This document shows positions 17,749 through 26,904 of a DNA stretch of 49,899 bases, in pieces. Numbering within the stretch: the stretch's first letter is position 1; each line of letters opens with the position of its first letter. This stretch comes from an uncultured Bacteroides sp. (GTDB taxonomy: Bacteria > Bacteroidota > Bacteroidia > Bacteroidales > Muribaculaceae), in NCBI GenBank assembly GCA_964454925.1, contig CAYVXC010000001.1:3927-53825 (forward strand). The letters are read 5' to 3'. Position numbers and translations under genes: made by a program. The notes under the pieces were generated by a model, which did no database searches, was not told where the DNA came from, and worked only from the letters and a program-made list of their open reading frames with translations.

Positions 17749-18449
17749 TCGCTATATTTTTGATGAAGAATTTCGGCGAGCTTTCTTACTCCTACCGTCG
17801 CAGGCTCCTTTATGACATGAACATTCGCCGGAATGTTAGGACTTGGATTCGGGTCGACATAGTAGACCGGAACTCCGCGGCGGACATACTGGAGCAGAGC
17901 GGCCGCCGGATAGACAACCATCGAAGTCCCTATGATCACGAAGATGTCAGCCTCAGAAGCGGCCACAACAGCCGGTTCCATCATCGGGACGGCTTCGCCG
18001 AAAAAGACGATATGGGGACGAACATGGTGACCGTCTATCAAAGTGTCGACCGAGGTCTCCGAGTCTCCCGGTTCAAGTTTCCAGACAAGTTCGGAATTGT
18101 CGACAGCCTCGACTTTCGACAATTCGCCGTGAAGATGAATCACCTTTGACTGTCCTGCACGTTCGTGAAGGTCGTCCACGTTCTGGGTGATGACTGTAAC
18201 ATCAAAATCTTTTTCGAGTTCTACGAGAGTGCGGTGGGCTTCGTTGGGCATGGCGAGTGCTACGTCACGGCGCCGGGCGTTGTAGAAACGGTGAATCAGA
18301 TCAGGATTCCTCAGCCAGCCTTCGTGGCTGGCGACTTCCATGACATCATATTTTTCCCATTGACCTCCGCTGTCGCGGAAGGTAGCGATGCCACTTTCGG
18401 CGCTGATTCCCGCGCCGGTTGATATGACGAGTGACGGTTTCTTTGCCAT
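17745..18449 (-). CDS. cobB: NAD-dependent protein deacylase (sirtuin class III)
   Basis: GAGISAESGIATFR, YNAR, TQNVDDLHERAG, HLHG, RPHIVFFGE and GTS. Start taken at ATG 18449. Confidence 0.92.
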   Translation of the reverse strand: MAKKPSLVISTGAGISAESGIATFRDSGGQWEKYDVMEVASHEGWLRNPDLIHRFYNARRRDVALAMPNEAHRTLVELEKDFDVTVITQNVDDLHERAGQSKVIHLHGELSKVEAVDNSELVWKLEPGDSETSVDTLIDGHHVRPHIVFFGEAVPMMEPAVVAASEADIFVIIGTSMVVYPAAALLQYVRRGVPVYYVDPNPSPNIPANVHVIKEPATVGVRKLAEILHQKYSE

Positions 18450-18459
18450 AGAGTTTTTA

Positions 18460-19194
18460 TCAGATGAGTATATCAAAATTCAGGACTGCGTCCACTATAA
18501 AAAGGTTCTTTATTTGGTCACGACGAATCTCCATATCGTCATAGTCAGGATTATTCGAGTGAAGGATTACCATCTCGGGGTCGGGATGACGGCGTATGAC
18601 CTTGACCATCCTGTAGTCATCCAGGATTACAAGATAGGTCTGTCCCCAGTAAATAGGTGAGTCGGCGTTGATCTGTCTTATGGATATATAGGCACCGTTG
18701 GCAATCTGTGGCATCATCGACTCGCCCGAGACGCGCACGATTGCGTTCCTGGGATTGACCTGGGGAAGCTTGAGATAACCGATTATGTTCTCGTTGGTGA
18801 ACATCCGGCTCAATTCGACGGCTCCGGCCGTTACGTCGATGTCATAGACCGGAGCGCCCTCCGATTCGTTGAGCCGCTGACGGTCGTGTTCGACGTATGT
18901 CGGTACGGTCGTCTCGGCCTTCGGGAACGGAACATCTGTTCCATTAAGCAGCCAGTCCTTCGACACGCCCAAATTCACGACAATCCGGTTGGCCATCGCA
19001 TCGGTAAATTTAACATGCCCGTTCAGAATCCGTGAAAAGTTCGGAGCCTCGACACCGATCATCTCCGCAAACTGAGACTGGGTCTTTCTCATCCGTGTGA
19101 TGAGATAACGGATTCGGTCGGTGACGGTCGCCTCGGACGACGGAAGTTCGAGCCTGTCAAAACGTTTTTCGAGAGTTTTTTCTGTTATTGCCAT
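18460..19194 (-). CDS. XRE-HTH + peptidase S24 (CI/LexA-like) autocleaving repressor
   Basis: HTH (TQSQFAEMIGVEAPNFSRILNG...DWLLNG), Ala-Gly site VTAG, catalytic Ser (GESM) and Lys (MVKVI). Confidence 0.88.
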   Translation of the reverse strand: MAITEKTLEKRFDRLELPSSEATVTDRIRYLITRMRKTQSQFAEMIGVEAPNFSRILNGHVKFTDAMANRIVVNLGVSKDWLLNGTDVPFPKAETTVPTYVEHDRQRLNESEGAPVYDIDVTAGAVELSRMFTNENIIGYLKLPQVNPRNAIVRVSGESMMPQIANGAYISIRQINADSPIYWGQTYLVILDDYRMVKVIRRHPDPEMVILHSNNPDYDDMEIRRDQIKNLFIVDAVLNFDILI

Positions 19195-19216
19195 GATTTC
19201 TGACGGTTGGAGAGTT

Positions 19217-20884
19217 TTAGCGTATGATAGCCTTGACGGGGCGTCGGGTCCGGTCGGTGGTCACGAAGTAGATGCCTGCCGGGAGGCTGACTTCGGTATT
19301 GTTTTCGACGCGGTCAAGAACCATAATTGTCCGGCCGGCCGCATCGACAATTCGTGCGCCGGTAACGGGTGCGCTGACAATGAAACGGAATCCGCCGGGA
19401 ATGGTATAAATCGCGAGCGGTTCATCGGTCTCGACACCGGTTATGCCGGCGTGGTCGACAAAGATGACATTCGACTCGGGGCTGACATAGCCCAGACGTA
19501 CCGAGCTGACGGTATAGGCCTCGCTGTCTGACTCGTCAAAATTTTCGATCAGCAACGAGTTTTCCTCGGCCTGGAGAGTTTCCGTGGTCGCGGAGCCGTT
19601 CCGGTAGACAGTCCGGTTCACCAGATAATAGTCAACGACTTCGTCTTCGGCCGGAATCCAGGTCGCCAAATAACTGTCGGCGGTTATGTTTTTAGCCGCG
19701 GTAGCAACGGGAGCAGTAAGTTCGGGCACAGGGAAGCAACGCCCTATCAGCGAAATTCCGCGAGAACCCGGGATCCCTCCGCCCGACACGAGCAGACGCG
19801 AGGAGTGTTCGCCTGTTTCAGTCGGCGTATAGGTGACATTCAGCCAATAACCGTCGGCACTGTTTACAAGATTGGCGGCGATAGAACGCGTGGGAATGGT
19901 GAACAGATCCCGGTCGCCGGTATAGACGGTCAGTTCAACAGGCGATGTAAGATACTCACCGTTGAACCACAGCCTCGAGGTTATGGATTTTCCGACCGCA
20001 ACTTCACCGAAGTCAAGAGCCATATCCTGAACAGGCGTAATGAGGTTTGGATCGCCGGCCGGCGCTGAACCGGAGGTGATGTCAAACGGAATTCCGTTTT
20101 TAGAGCCCCAGATATAATCGGCCAGTTCAGGAAAATCGATAAAGGGATTGCGGTTGTTCTGAATCTTATACACCTCTTCGTTTCTCAGTGTCTCTTTCTC
20201 GCTCACCGGGTCGCCATGATGCCACTTTAAAAGAAGATTCACAGACCAGGAGTTCAGGGTCGGATATGTATTCTGACTCACCATATAAGTATATTTCCAC
20301 GTAAGATCCTGATAGGTCGTGGCCATATAGAAATATGTACGTGCAAAGTCACCTTTATATTCATCGGCGGGTTCGAAAACGAATCCGGCACCCCCACCCT
20401 GCCCGGCTACGGGATAACCCACGGTCGTGACTCCGTTTTCAAACTTGGGTTTGAGTGATGTCGAGACCTCTCCGAGCGGATAGTTACTTTTGGCCATGTT
20501 CGCAGCCGCCTCCGACGGATAGAGATGATTAAGGTCGACGTAAGCCGGTATGTCTGTCAGCCCTCCCCACCAGCTTTTCGGGAACGAGTGCTCGCGGTTA
20601 AGACCCGAGAATGACGGGGCATAAAGAGGAATGTCGCTATACATGTCCCACCACCGACGTGACTCGGGATAGACGTCGGTATGCATGAAATAGCTCGGAA
20701 GAGCGCTGTAACTCGACACCTGGGTGAAATTTCTCACCAACGTGTAAACGGCGGTCTTGAGCGCGGCACCGGTTTTTCCGTTCAGCGAGGTGTAATATCC
20801 CGCCGGGATATCGGCCCGGAGAGTCAGGATCGGACCCGCCAGGACAAGGAGAGACAGAAAAAGGCGTTTTGGACTGAATTTCAT
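19217..20884 (-). CDS. Secreted endonuclease I family nuclease with Ig-like/FN3-like domains and T9SS CTD
   Basis: Signal peptide; NREHSFPKSW, DLNHLYP, FEPADEYKGDFAR, QNNRNPFID; CTD-like end (IVDAAGRTI...LPAGIYFV...KAIIR). Confidence 0.88.
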   Translation of the reverse strand: MKFSPKRLFLSLLVLAGPILTLRADIPAGYYTSLNGKTGAALKTAVYTLVRNFTQVSSYSALPSYFMHTDVYPESRRWWDMYSDIPLYAPSFSGLNREHSFPKSWWGGLTDIPAYVDLNHLYPSEAAANMAKSNYPLGEVSTSLKPKFENGVTTVGYPVAGQGGGAGFVFEPADEYKGDFARTYFYMATTYQDLTWKYTYMVSQNTYPTLNSWSVNLLLKWHHGDPVSEKETLRNEEVYKIQNNRNPFIDFPELADYIWGSKNGIPFDITSGSAPAGDPNLITPVQDMALDFGEVAVGKSITSRLWFNGEYLTSPVELTVYTGDRDLFTIPTRSIAANLVNSADGYWLNVTYTPTETGEHSSRLLVSGGGIPGSRGISLIGRCFPVPELTAPVATAAKNITADSYLATWIPAEDEVVDYYLVNRTVYRNGSATTETLQAEENSLLIENFDESDSEAYTVSSVRLGYVSPESNVIFVDHAGITGVETDEPLAIYTIPGGFRFIVSAPVTGARIVDAAGRTIMVLDRVENNTEVSLPAGIYFVTTDRTRRPVKAIIR

Positions 20885-20896
20885 GGCGGAGAGATT

Positions 20897-22066
20897 TTAT
20901 TTCTTTTTTGATTTGTCTTTTTTTCGGATCGAAGCGTCGATTTCTTTTTTCCAGGCACGACGGCGGCGATGTTGACGGCGCTCGAAGTATTCCCATTGTT
21001 TCTGTACGTTCTCGTTGTCTTCGAGTTCGACATTACTTTCAGCGAATTTATATCCGTTGGCAATATAATTGGGAAGGAGATGGGAGAAAAGGAGTGCGTT
21101 AACGCCTTTACCCTGATATTCGGGAGCGATGGCGACCAACAGAAGATCAACCACGTCGCTACCTCCGCCAAGAGCTTTCTTGAGATAGTACCAGCCCATC
21201 GGGAAGAGTTTACCGTCACACTTTCTGAGAGCCTTGCTGAGTGACGGCATCGAAATGCCTACTCCGACCAGACGGTTCTCCTTGTCGGCGATGAGGCAGA
21301 CATCGTCAAGCCGGAGCATCCCGAGATACATGTCGATATAATAGTCGATCTGGCGGTCGGTCAACGCAACGAAGCCATACAGATCTTTGTAGGCGTCGTT
21401 TATCAGTTCGAAAATCGCGCGGCCATAGTTCTGTTTCACCCACTTGCGCGATTTAATGTCGACGACATGGAGCTCGAATCGTTTTTCTACGATCCGGGCA
21501 ATTTTCATATACTTATCGGGGACCGCATCGGGGACAGTCATCCTGAATTCAATCCAGTCAGCCTCTTTCTCGAAGCCGAGGCGCTCCATGTGCTTTTTAT
21601 AGTAGGGATAGTTGTAGATGGTCGCCATCGTGCCCAGTTCCTCGAATCCCTCGATCAACATCCCTTCCTTGTCCATGTCAGTGAAGCCCATCGGTCCGAC
21701 AATCTTTGTCATCCCGCGGTTGCTGCCCCAGATGGTAACGGCTCTGAACAGCTCGTCGACAACTTCTTTGTCGTTGATGAAGTCGACATAGCCGAAACGA
21801 AGCACTTTTTCACCGGTCTTTTCGTTGACCGCATGATTGATGATGCCCGAGATTCGGCCTACAATCACATCGTCGCGATAGGCCAGGAATGACTGGGCTT
21901 CGCAGAATTCAAACGCCGGATTCTTTTCGGGAATAAAAGTGTCGATTTCGTCGAAAACCAACGGCGGCACGAAATAATTATTTCCGGCATAGAGATCGAT
22001 GCCGAACTGGACATATTTTCGGAGATCGCGTTTCAGCGGACGGATTGGAACAATTTTTACAGACAT
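20897..22066 (-). CDS. GNAT-family N-acyltransferase (YghO-like, tandem GNAT)
   Basis: VGRISGIINH, RFGYVDF, GPMGFTD, YNYPYY and VAIAPEYQGKGVN (acyl-CoA motif A). Confidence 0.8.
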   Translation of the reverse strand: MSVKIVPIRPLKRDLRKYVQFGIDLYAGNNYFVPPLVFDEIDTFIPEKNPAFEFCEAQSFLAYRDDVIVGRISGIINHAVNEKTGEKVLRFGYVDFINDKEVVDELFRAVTIWGSNRGMTKIVGPMGFTDMDKEGMLIEGFEELGTMATIYNYPYYKKHMERLGFEKEADWIEFRMTVPDAVPDKYMKIARIVEKRFELHVVDIKSRKWVKQNYGRAIFELINDAYKDLYGFVALTDRQIDYYIDMYLGMLRLDDVCLIADKENRLVGVGISMPSLSKALRKCDGKLFPMGWYYLKKALGGGSDVVDLLLVAIAPEYQGKGVNALLFSHLLPNYIANGYKFAESNVELEDNENVQKQWEYFERRQHRRRRAWKKEIDASIRKKDKSKKK

Positions 22067-22087
22067 GGGGGATTGGTGATAAGACGG

Positions 22088-22870
22088 TTAGACAGGCATC
22101 GCCGACGGCGAGGGAGAAGAGGCCGACAGCCACGCAAGAGCGACCACCATGGCCGCCAGGAAGATGATTATGCCGATATAGACGCGGTTGTTCGAACGTC
22201 CGTGAAGGGCAATCCGGAGAGCCTGTACGTCGCGGAACCGGTGACGGTTCGCGGGCATACAACGGTCGGCGATACGCTTCAGTTCGGCGTTCTGGCGTCC
22301 GGTGGACTCAAGGACTTCGTTAATGATCCGCCCGAAGTTCTCGAGGTCGTTATTTGTATCCTCGTGACTTAGCGAGCGGCGCTGATCAAAGCCGACATCG
22401 ATGAGTTTGAGGTTTTCGACATTCTCGGTGAAAATGATCGTTTCGGGACGAATCGGATGGTGAGCGATATGGTTCTGCTGAATATACTCCATAGCTTCAG
22501 GCAAACGTGTCCTGAGCTGTTCGATATGATGGTCCGTCACACGGTTTTCATCAAGCAGACGGCGAAGGGAAGTTCCGTAGACATCGTCGGTGATAATACA
22601 CCGTCCAAGTCCCGGAACATCTTCGAAGTCGTTGATCATGACGATGTTGGGATGGGCCAGATTATATCTGACATCAAACTCTTTCTCGATCATTGCCCGA
22701 CACGCCTCGTCGTCGGCAAATTCCTTTTTCAGAGTCTTGAGCATGACCCATTTTCCATACTTACGGGCCGTGTAGACATCGTAGTATTCTTCGCCCCAAT
22801 CAGGGAGAAGTTCAATTTCAGACCAACGGCCTGACGGGTCAGCCGGAGGACGGGGATTCTCTTCGCTCAC
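22088..22870 (-). CDS. Hanks-type kinase-fold protein with C-terminal TM; predicted pseudokinase
   Basis: VMLK, KEF and HPNIV are retained. The catalytic loop is HHPIRPET and the DFG equivalent is DVG. Hydrophobic C-terminal helix; GTG start 6 bp after the ftsZ stop. Confidence 0.8.
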   Translation of the reverse strand: MSEENPRPPADPSGRWSEIELLPDWGEEYYDVYTARKYGKWVMLKTLKKEFADDEACRAMIEKEFDVRYNLAHPNIVMINDFEDVPGLGRCIITDDVYGTSLRRLLDENRVTDHHIEQLRTRLPEAMEYIQQNHIAHHPIRPETIIFTENVENLKLIDVGFDQRRSLSHEDTNNDLENFGRIINEVLESTGRQNAELKRIADRCMPANRHRFRDVQALRIALHGRSNNRVYIGIIIFLAAMVVALAWLSASSPSPSAMPV

Positions 22871-22876
22871 GATCGA

Positions 22877-24226
22877 TCAGTCTATGTCGTTGAATAGAAT
22901 GGAATTCTTGTCGTTTCCTCGCGAACTTCCACCGTTAGCACCGTTTCCACTATTGTCAGAACCCGAGCCGAATTTACGGCCGAACGAACGGCCGATTCCG
23001 CCCCCGAAATTCTGACGGCCGAAACGCTGGGCGGCCGGAGTTTTCTCCATTTCGTTCAAATCCTCGGATTCAAGGTTGTCATAGTCGTCGGGGTTAAGTA
23101 CCCGGCCTTCGGAACCGACCGGACCTTTGTGATACATATCCTTGATTCTCTTGTGACTGTTGGGGTCGATTCGATTGACAACAGGCTTGGGTGTCTTTGG
23201 CTGTTTGGGAGCATCGGTGGTCGGCTTGGTCGGGTCGGTGGTAACGGTTACTTCGAAGCCCGATGCAAGGATGGTGATCTTCACTTTGTCATCGAGATCC
23301 GGAGCCTGATAAAGACCCCACATGATATCGACATCCTTGTCAATACCGGCGATAAACGATGTCAGTTCCTTGGTTTCATCCATGTTGAATGGATGTTCCT
23401 CGGTATTGTCCGATACATAAAGGACCATGAGAAGTTTCTTCGAACCGAAGATATCCGTGTCCTTGAGAAGGGGCGAATGCAGAGCGTCCTGAATCGCGGC
23501 CGTCACTCGGTTGGGTCCTTCGCCATATCCGCTCGAAATGATGGCTGTTCCACCTTCGCGGAGGGTGGTGTCAACATCGTTGAAGTCTCGGTTAATGATA
23601 CCGCGTATAGTGATGATGTCGGTAATCGACTGAGTAGCTGTCAAGAGTGTATCGTCAGCCTTCGCGAAAGCCTTCAGGATGTCGAGGTCCTGATAGATTT
23701 CCGTAAGGCGTTCGTTATTGATAACCAGAAGCGAATCAACGTTCTTGGCCATTTCATCGGCACCTTCTAGAGCTTTCAGAATTTTACGCTGACCTTCGAA
23801 AAGGAACGGAACCGTGACGATTCCGACCGTAAGAATGCCACGTTCCTTGGCCATACGTGCGACCACAGGACCGGCACCTGTTCCGGTACCGCCGCCCATA
23901 CCGGCGGTGATGAACACCATGTCGGTCTGGTCATCGAAGATCTCGGAAATGGCATCCGCGCTTTCCTCGGCATACTTTTTGGCGCGTTCGGGGTTACCGC
24001 CTGCCCCACGGCCCGGACCGATGACGAGCTTTGTCGGTACGGACGAATCGTTGAGTACCTGACGGTCGGTGTTGATCTGGACGAACGATACGTCCTTGAT
24101 GCCTCGGTTGAACATGTGAGCGACAGCGTTGTTGCCACCGCCACCGACTCCGATTACTTTTATGGATTGGGCGGGTCCCTGGGAGGGAGCATTGAATTCG
24201 TGATGGGTGATGTCTGTATCGGTCAT
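22877..24226 (-). CDS. ftsZ: Cell division protein FtsZ
   Basis: GVGGGGNNA, GMGGGTGTG and INRDFNDV. Confidence 0.98.
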   Translation of the reverse strand: MTDTDITHHEFNAPSQGPAQSIKVIGVGGGGNNAVAHMFNRGIKDVSFVQINTDRQVLNDSSVPTKLVIGPGRGAGGNPERAKKYAEESADAISEIFDDQTDMVFITAGMGGGTGTGAGPVVARMAKERGILTVGIVTVPFLFEGQRKILKALEGADEMAKNVDSLLVINNERLTEIYQDLDILKAFAKADDTLLTATQSITDIITIRGIINRDFNDVDTTLREGGTAIISSGYGEGPNRVTAAIQDALHSPLLKDTDIFGSKKLLMVLYVSDNTEEHPFNMDETKELTSFIAGIDKDVDIMWGLYQAPDLDDKVKITILASGFEVTVTTDPTKPTTDAPKQPKTPKPVVNRIDPNSHKRIKDMYHKGPVGSEGRVLNPDDYDNLESEDLNEMEKTPAAQRFGRQNFGGGIGRSFGRKFGSGSDNSGNGANGGSSRGNDKNSILFNDID

Positions 24227-24306
24227 GTTTAAGAAAATATTATCGGTAGTTGGGGGTTGGAGAGAATATAGAGAATATATAGGGTTTCAATTCGTTTTCT
24301 TGGCTT

Positions 24307-25926
24307 TCAATCGTCGAGGTCCGCACCTTCGCCATCCGTATTTTTACCTACAAAATTGGCGACTTTAGAGATGAAACGGTCAAGAGCTGACGGTCGGTCG
24401 GGTGTGGATGCTTTCTTTTTCTCTTTTTCTTTTATTCGGCGTTCCCTATCGGCCAGACGGCGCTGCTGATCACGCATCAGTTTGCGCTTTTTATCTTCTT
24501 CGTCCGAATCAAGAAGGAGCAATCCGTCATCAACGACTTCGTCATCGGGGCCACATTCCTCAGGAGAATAGTCTTCCGGATCATCAATGAGAATTTCATC
24601 TCCGTCATCATAACTGAACGGCGAGTCAGGACCCTTATATCCTGGATGGTCCCACCGTTCATCATGAACCGGGTCGGTTTTCTCTTCTTTGGGAAGAACA
24701 GGTTCCTGCTCGATTTTTTCGGGTTGCTTTGTCACCACCGGCTCGACGGGTCTTTTCAGTGCACTCAGACATTCAGGGATGTCGGGATTCCGGCTAACGA
24801 AAGCTGCATCAAGGAGAAGGGCGTAAAGGTCGATATTCTCGAACTTGGCCAGCGCTTTATCCGCAAATTCAATATCGCGTGGAACCGAAGCCAGCCTTAC
24901 TTTCATATCCGAAACCGATTCGAGCAACTGGCCGAATTTTCTGAGCTTTGAACCACCACCGGTCAGTACAATACCGGCGGCAAGCTCGGCGGGCTGGAAT
25001 CCGGCGAAGCCTGGCTGAGCACAAATATTGGCGACCAGATCGTTAAGGCGGGCCCCGATTATACCGTCGACAATCTGATGATCTTCGTCACTATCGGGGT
25101 CGCTGATAGCCGAACCCATATTCAGTTTTATATCCTCGGCTTCGTCCTCGGGAACTCCGAGCGAAGTTGAAAGGTCGCGGGTTATCAATCTCGCTCCGAG
25201 AGGTATGGTAGCCATATAACGGAGTGTTCCGCCTTTGTAGACTGAGACCGTGATGGTCTCGGCCCCGAAGTCGACAAGCATACCTCCCGAAAAAGCATCG
25301 GAAGGGGTGAGCACAAGATTGGCCGTCGCGAGCGGACGAACCGACGAGGCACATACACCGAGACCTACTCTGTCAAGAAGAACCGATTTGAAATCACGTA
25401 CGTTTGAGGGATCGCATGTCACCACGGTGAACTCGCCGGCCAGACGGGTGCCGAGTGTTCCGACCGGACGCGGAGTCAGGATATTGTCAACCGTGAAGTT
25501 TACGCCTTCGATAGCAAGAATTTCACGTTCCTGGGGCACATTGACAGCGACGTCCTCTTTCAACCTGATGATAAGGTCGTCGGTGATTTCGCGGCGCTCG
25601 GGAAGTTCGAGCTTGGAAGCCATCATAGTGGACTTCAACGAACGGCCCCCGACTCCGATATAAACGTTCACGACTTTGCGTCCGTTGACGGGGCGGCGGT
25701 TTTCGACATCGGAAACGAGTTTTTCGAGAATTTCGGAAACATCTTTGACATTTCTGATTCGGCCATATCTGACGGCATCGGTTGTCGGCCGTGTCACTAT
25801 GTCATAAACGGTCAGAGGCCCCGCGGGTTCTCCGGAGGCATCAACAGGATAGCCGGCAACCCCGATTTTAGCCCGCGAGCTACCGAGTTCTAATCCTACG
25901 ATGTATTTTATATCTTGGTATTCCAT
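24307..25926 (-). CDS. ftsA: Cell division protein FtsA with long acidic C-terminal linker
   Basis: IVGLELGSS, LVDFGAET, VLTGGGSKL; located between ftsQ and ftsZ. Start taken at ATG 25926. Confidence 0.9.
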   Translation of the reverse strand: MEYQDIKYIVGLELGSSRAKIGVAGYPVDASGEPAGPLTVYDIVTRPTTDAVRYGRIRNVKDVSEILEKLVSDVENRRPVNGRKVVNVYIGVGGRSLKSTMMASKLELPERREITDDLIIRLKEDVAVNVPQEREILAIEGVNFTVDNILTPRPVGTLGTRLAGEFTVVTCDPSNVRDFKSVLLDRVGLGVCASSVRPLATANLVLTPSDAFSGGMLVDFGAETITVSVYKGGTLRYMATIPLGARLITRDLSTSLGVPEDEAEDIKLNMGSAISDPDSDEDHQIVDGIIGARLNDLVANICAQPGFAGFQPAELAAGIVLTGGGSKLRKFGQLLESVSDMKVRLASVPRDIEFADKALAKFENIDLYALLLDAAFVSRNPDIPECLSALKRPVEPVVTKQPEKIEQEPVLPKEEKTDPVHDERWDHPGYKGPDSPFSYDDGDEILIDDPEDYSPEECGPDDEVVDDGLLLLDSDEEDKKRKLMRDQQRRLADRERRIKEKEKKKASTPDRPSALDRFISKVANFVGKNTDGEGADLDD

Positions 25927-25984
25927 TTGTTGGTTACTGAACTGAATCACTTTAATTGGTCGAGGGAGTGACACAAAACCTGTG

Positions 25985-26842
25985 TCATGTATTTTTTGGG
26001 GGGAGAGGAGCGGTTACGGCTTCGCCGGCCAGCATCTCTTCGTCGGCGCTCGTTTCCTCAAACATTTCCTCCGAGGCTTCCGGCGGCCTGATCGACTCGC
26101 GTCCCGGACTCCGCGTCGCCGTCACACGGCCGGCCCATTTGACCGAAACGGTATCGTATGCGTTCCAGCCTTTGACCGGCATAACTTCGGCATAGAAAGT
26201 CCTTAGGCGGGTTATCTTGTCGTCGAGATTGGTCGAGTCACCGAAATTGATCACGTGGCCTATAACAGTCGGAACCACGATTATGTCACCCGAACGGTCA
26301 ACGTTTATTCCCGAGACGAAAGCATCGAGTTGGGGATCGGTCTTTATCCGTCTGAGCAACGGCAGCAAGGAGGCGATGAACAGAGAGTCGGCCTGAACCT
26401 CGGCGGTGATAACCGGCACATCAATATGATAGGCGGCGCGTGCGCGGACACGTTTTCCCGTCGTATTGATGTAGTATGAACCGGAAGGATCGAAAACGCG
26501 CGCAACGGGAACAAGCGGGGTTACACGGATGTCGAGTACTCCATTGTTCATCACCGTCACGGTGGCATCCTCCACCCGGTCGAGCGTAAGCAGACGTTTC
26601 GTGAGCTGGAGTGTATTGAGATTCGACCGTTTCAGCGTATCGGCTCGCCGCGAAAGATGACCGAGAGCTTCGTCAACCTCGGCCGCCGTGATGAAATCGG
26701 TCTCGGCGGTGTCGCGGACCGTTATCCTGATATCGGTGAATGTGTCTGAACGCTCCGAGCGGTTGGTGGCCCCTACCATCACGACGAGGTAGACGGTCAA
26801 CAGCAAGGACAGGACACAGAATATCAGACTTCGGCGACTCAT
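25985..26842 (-). CDS. ftsQ: Cell division protein FtsQ (Bacteroidota type)
   Basis: N-terminal TM, PVARV...YYI and GWNAYDTVSVKW; lies between murC and ftsA. Confidence 0.85.
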   Translation of the reverse strand: MSRRSLIFCVLSLLLTVYLVVMVGATNRSERSDTFTDIRITVRDTAETDFITAAEVDEALGHLSRRADTLKRSNLNTLQLTKRLLTLDRVEDATVTVMNNGVLDIRVTPLVPVARVFDPSGSYYINTTGKRVRARAAYHIDVPVITAEVQADSLFIASLLPLLRRIKTDPQLDAFVSGINVDRSGDIIVVPTVIGHVINFGDSTNLDDKITRLRTFYAEVMPVKGWNAYDTVSVKWAGRVTATRSPGRESIRPPEASEEMFEETSADEEMLAGEAVTAPLPPKNT

Positions 26843-26904
26843 TAGCTGAGAAAAATCAGTACAAGAATTTACTATTGTTGTATTTCAGGCAATTATAAGA
26901 CGGT

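Noticed and set aside
18460-20884. Prophage or anti-phage island (CI-like repressor + nuclease + sirtuin)
   Set aside because: The nuclease is secreted, the sirtuin is a CobB-type deacylase rather than a defence SIR2, composition matches the core genome and there are no phage genes.
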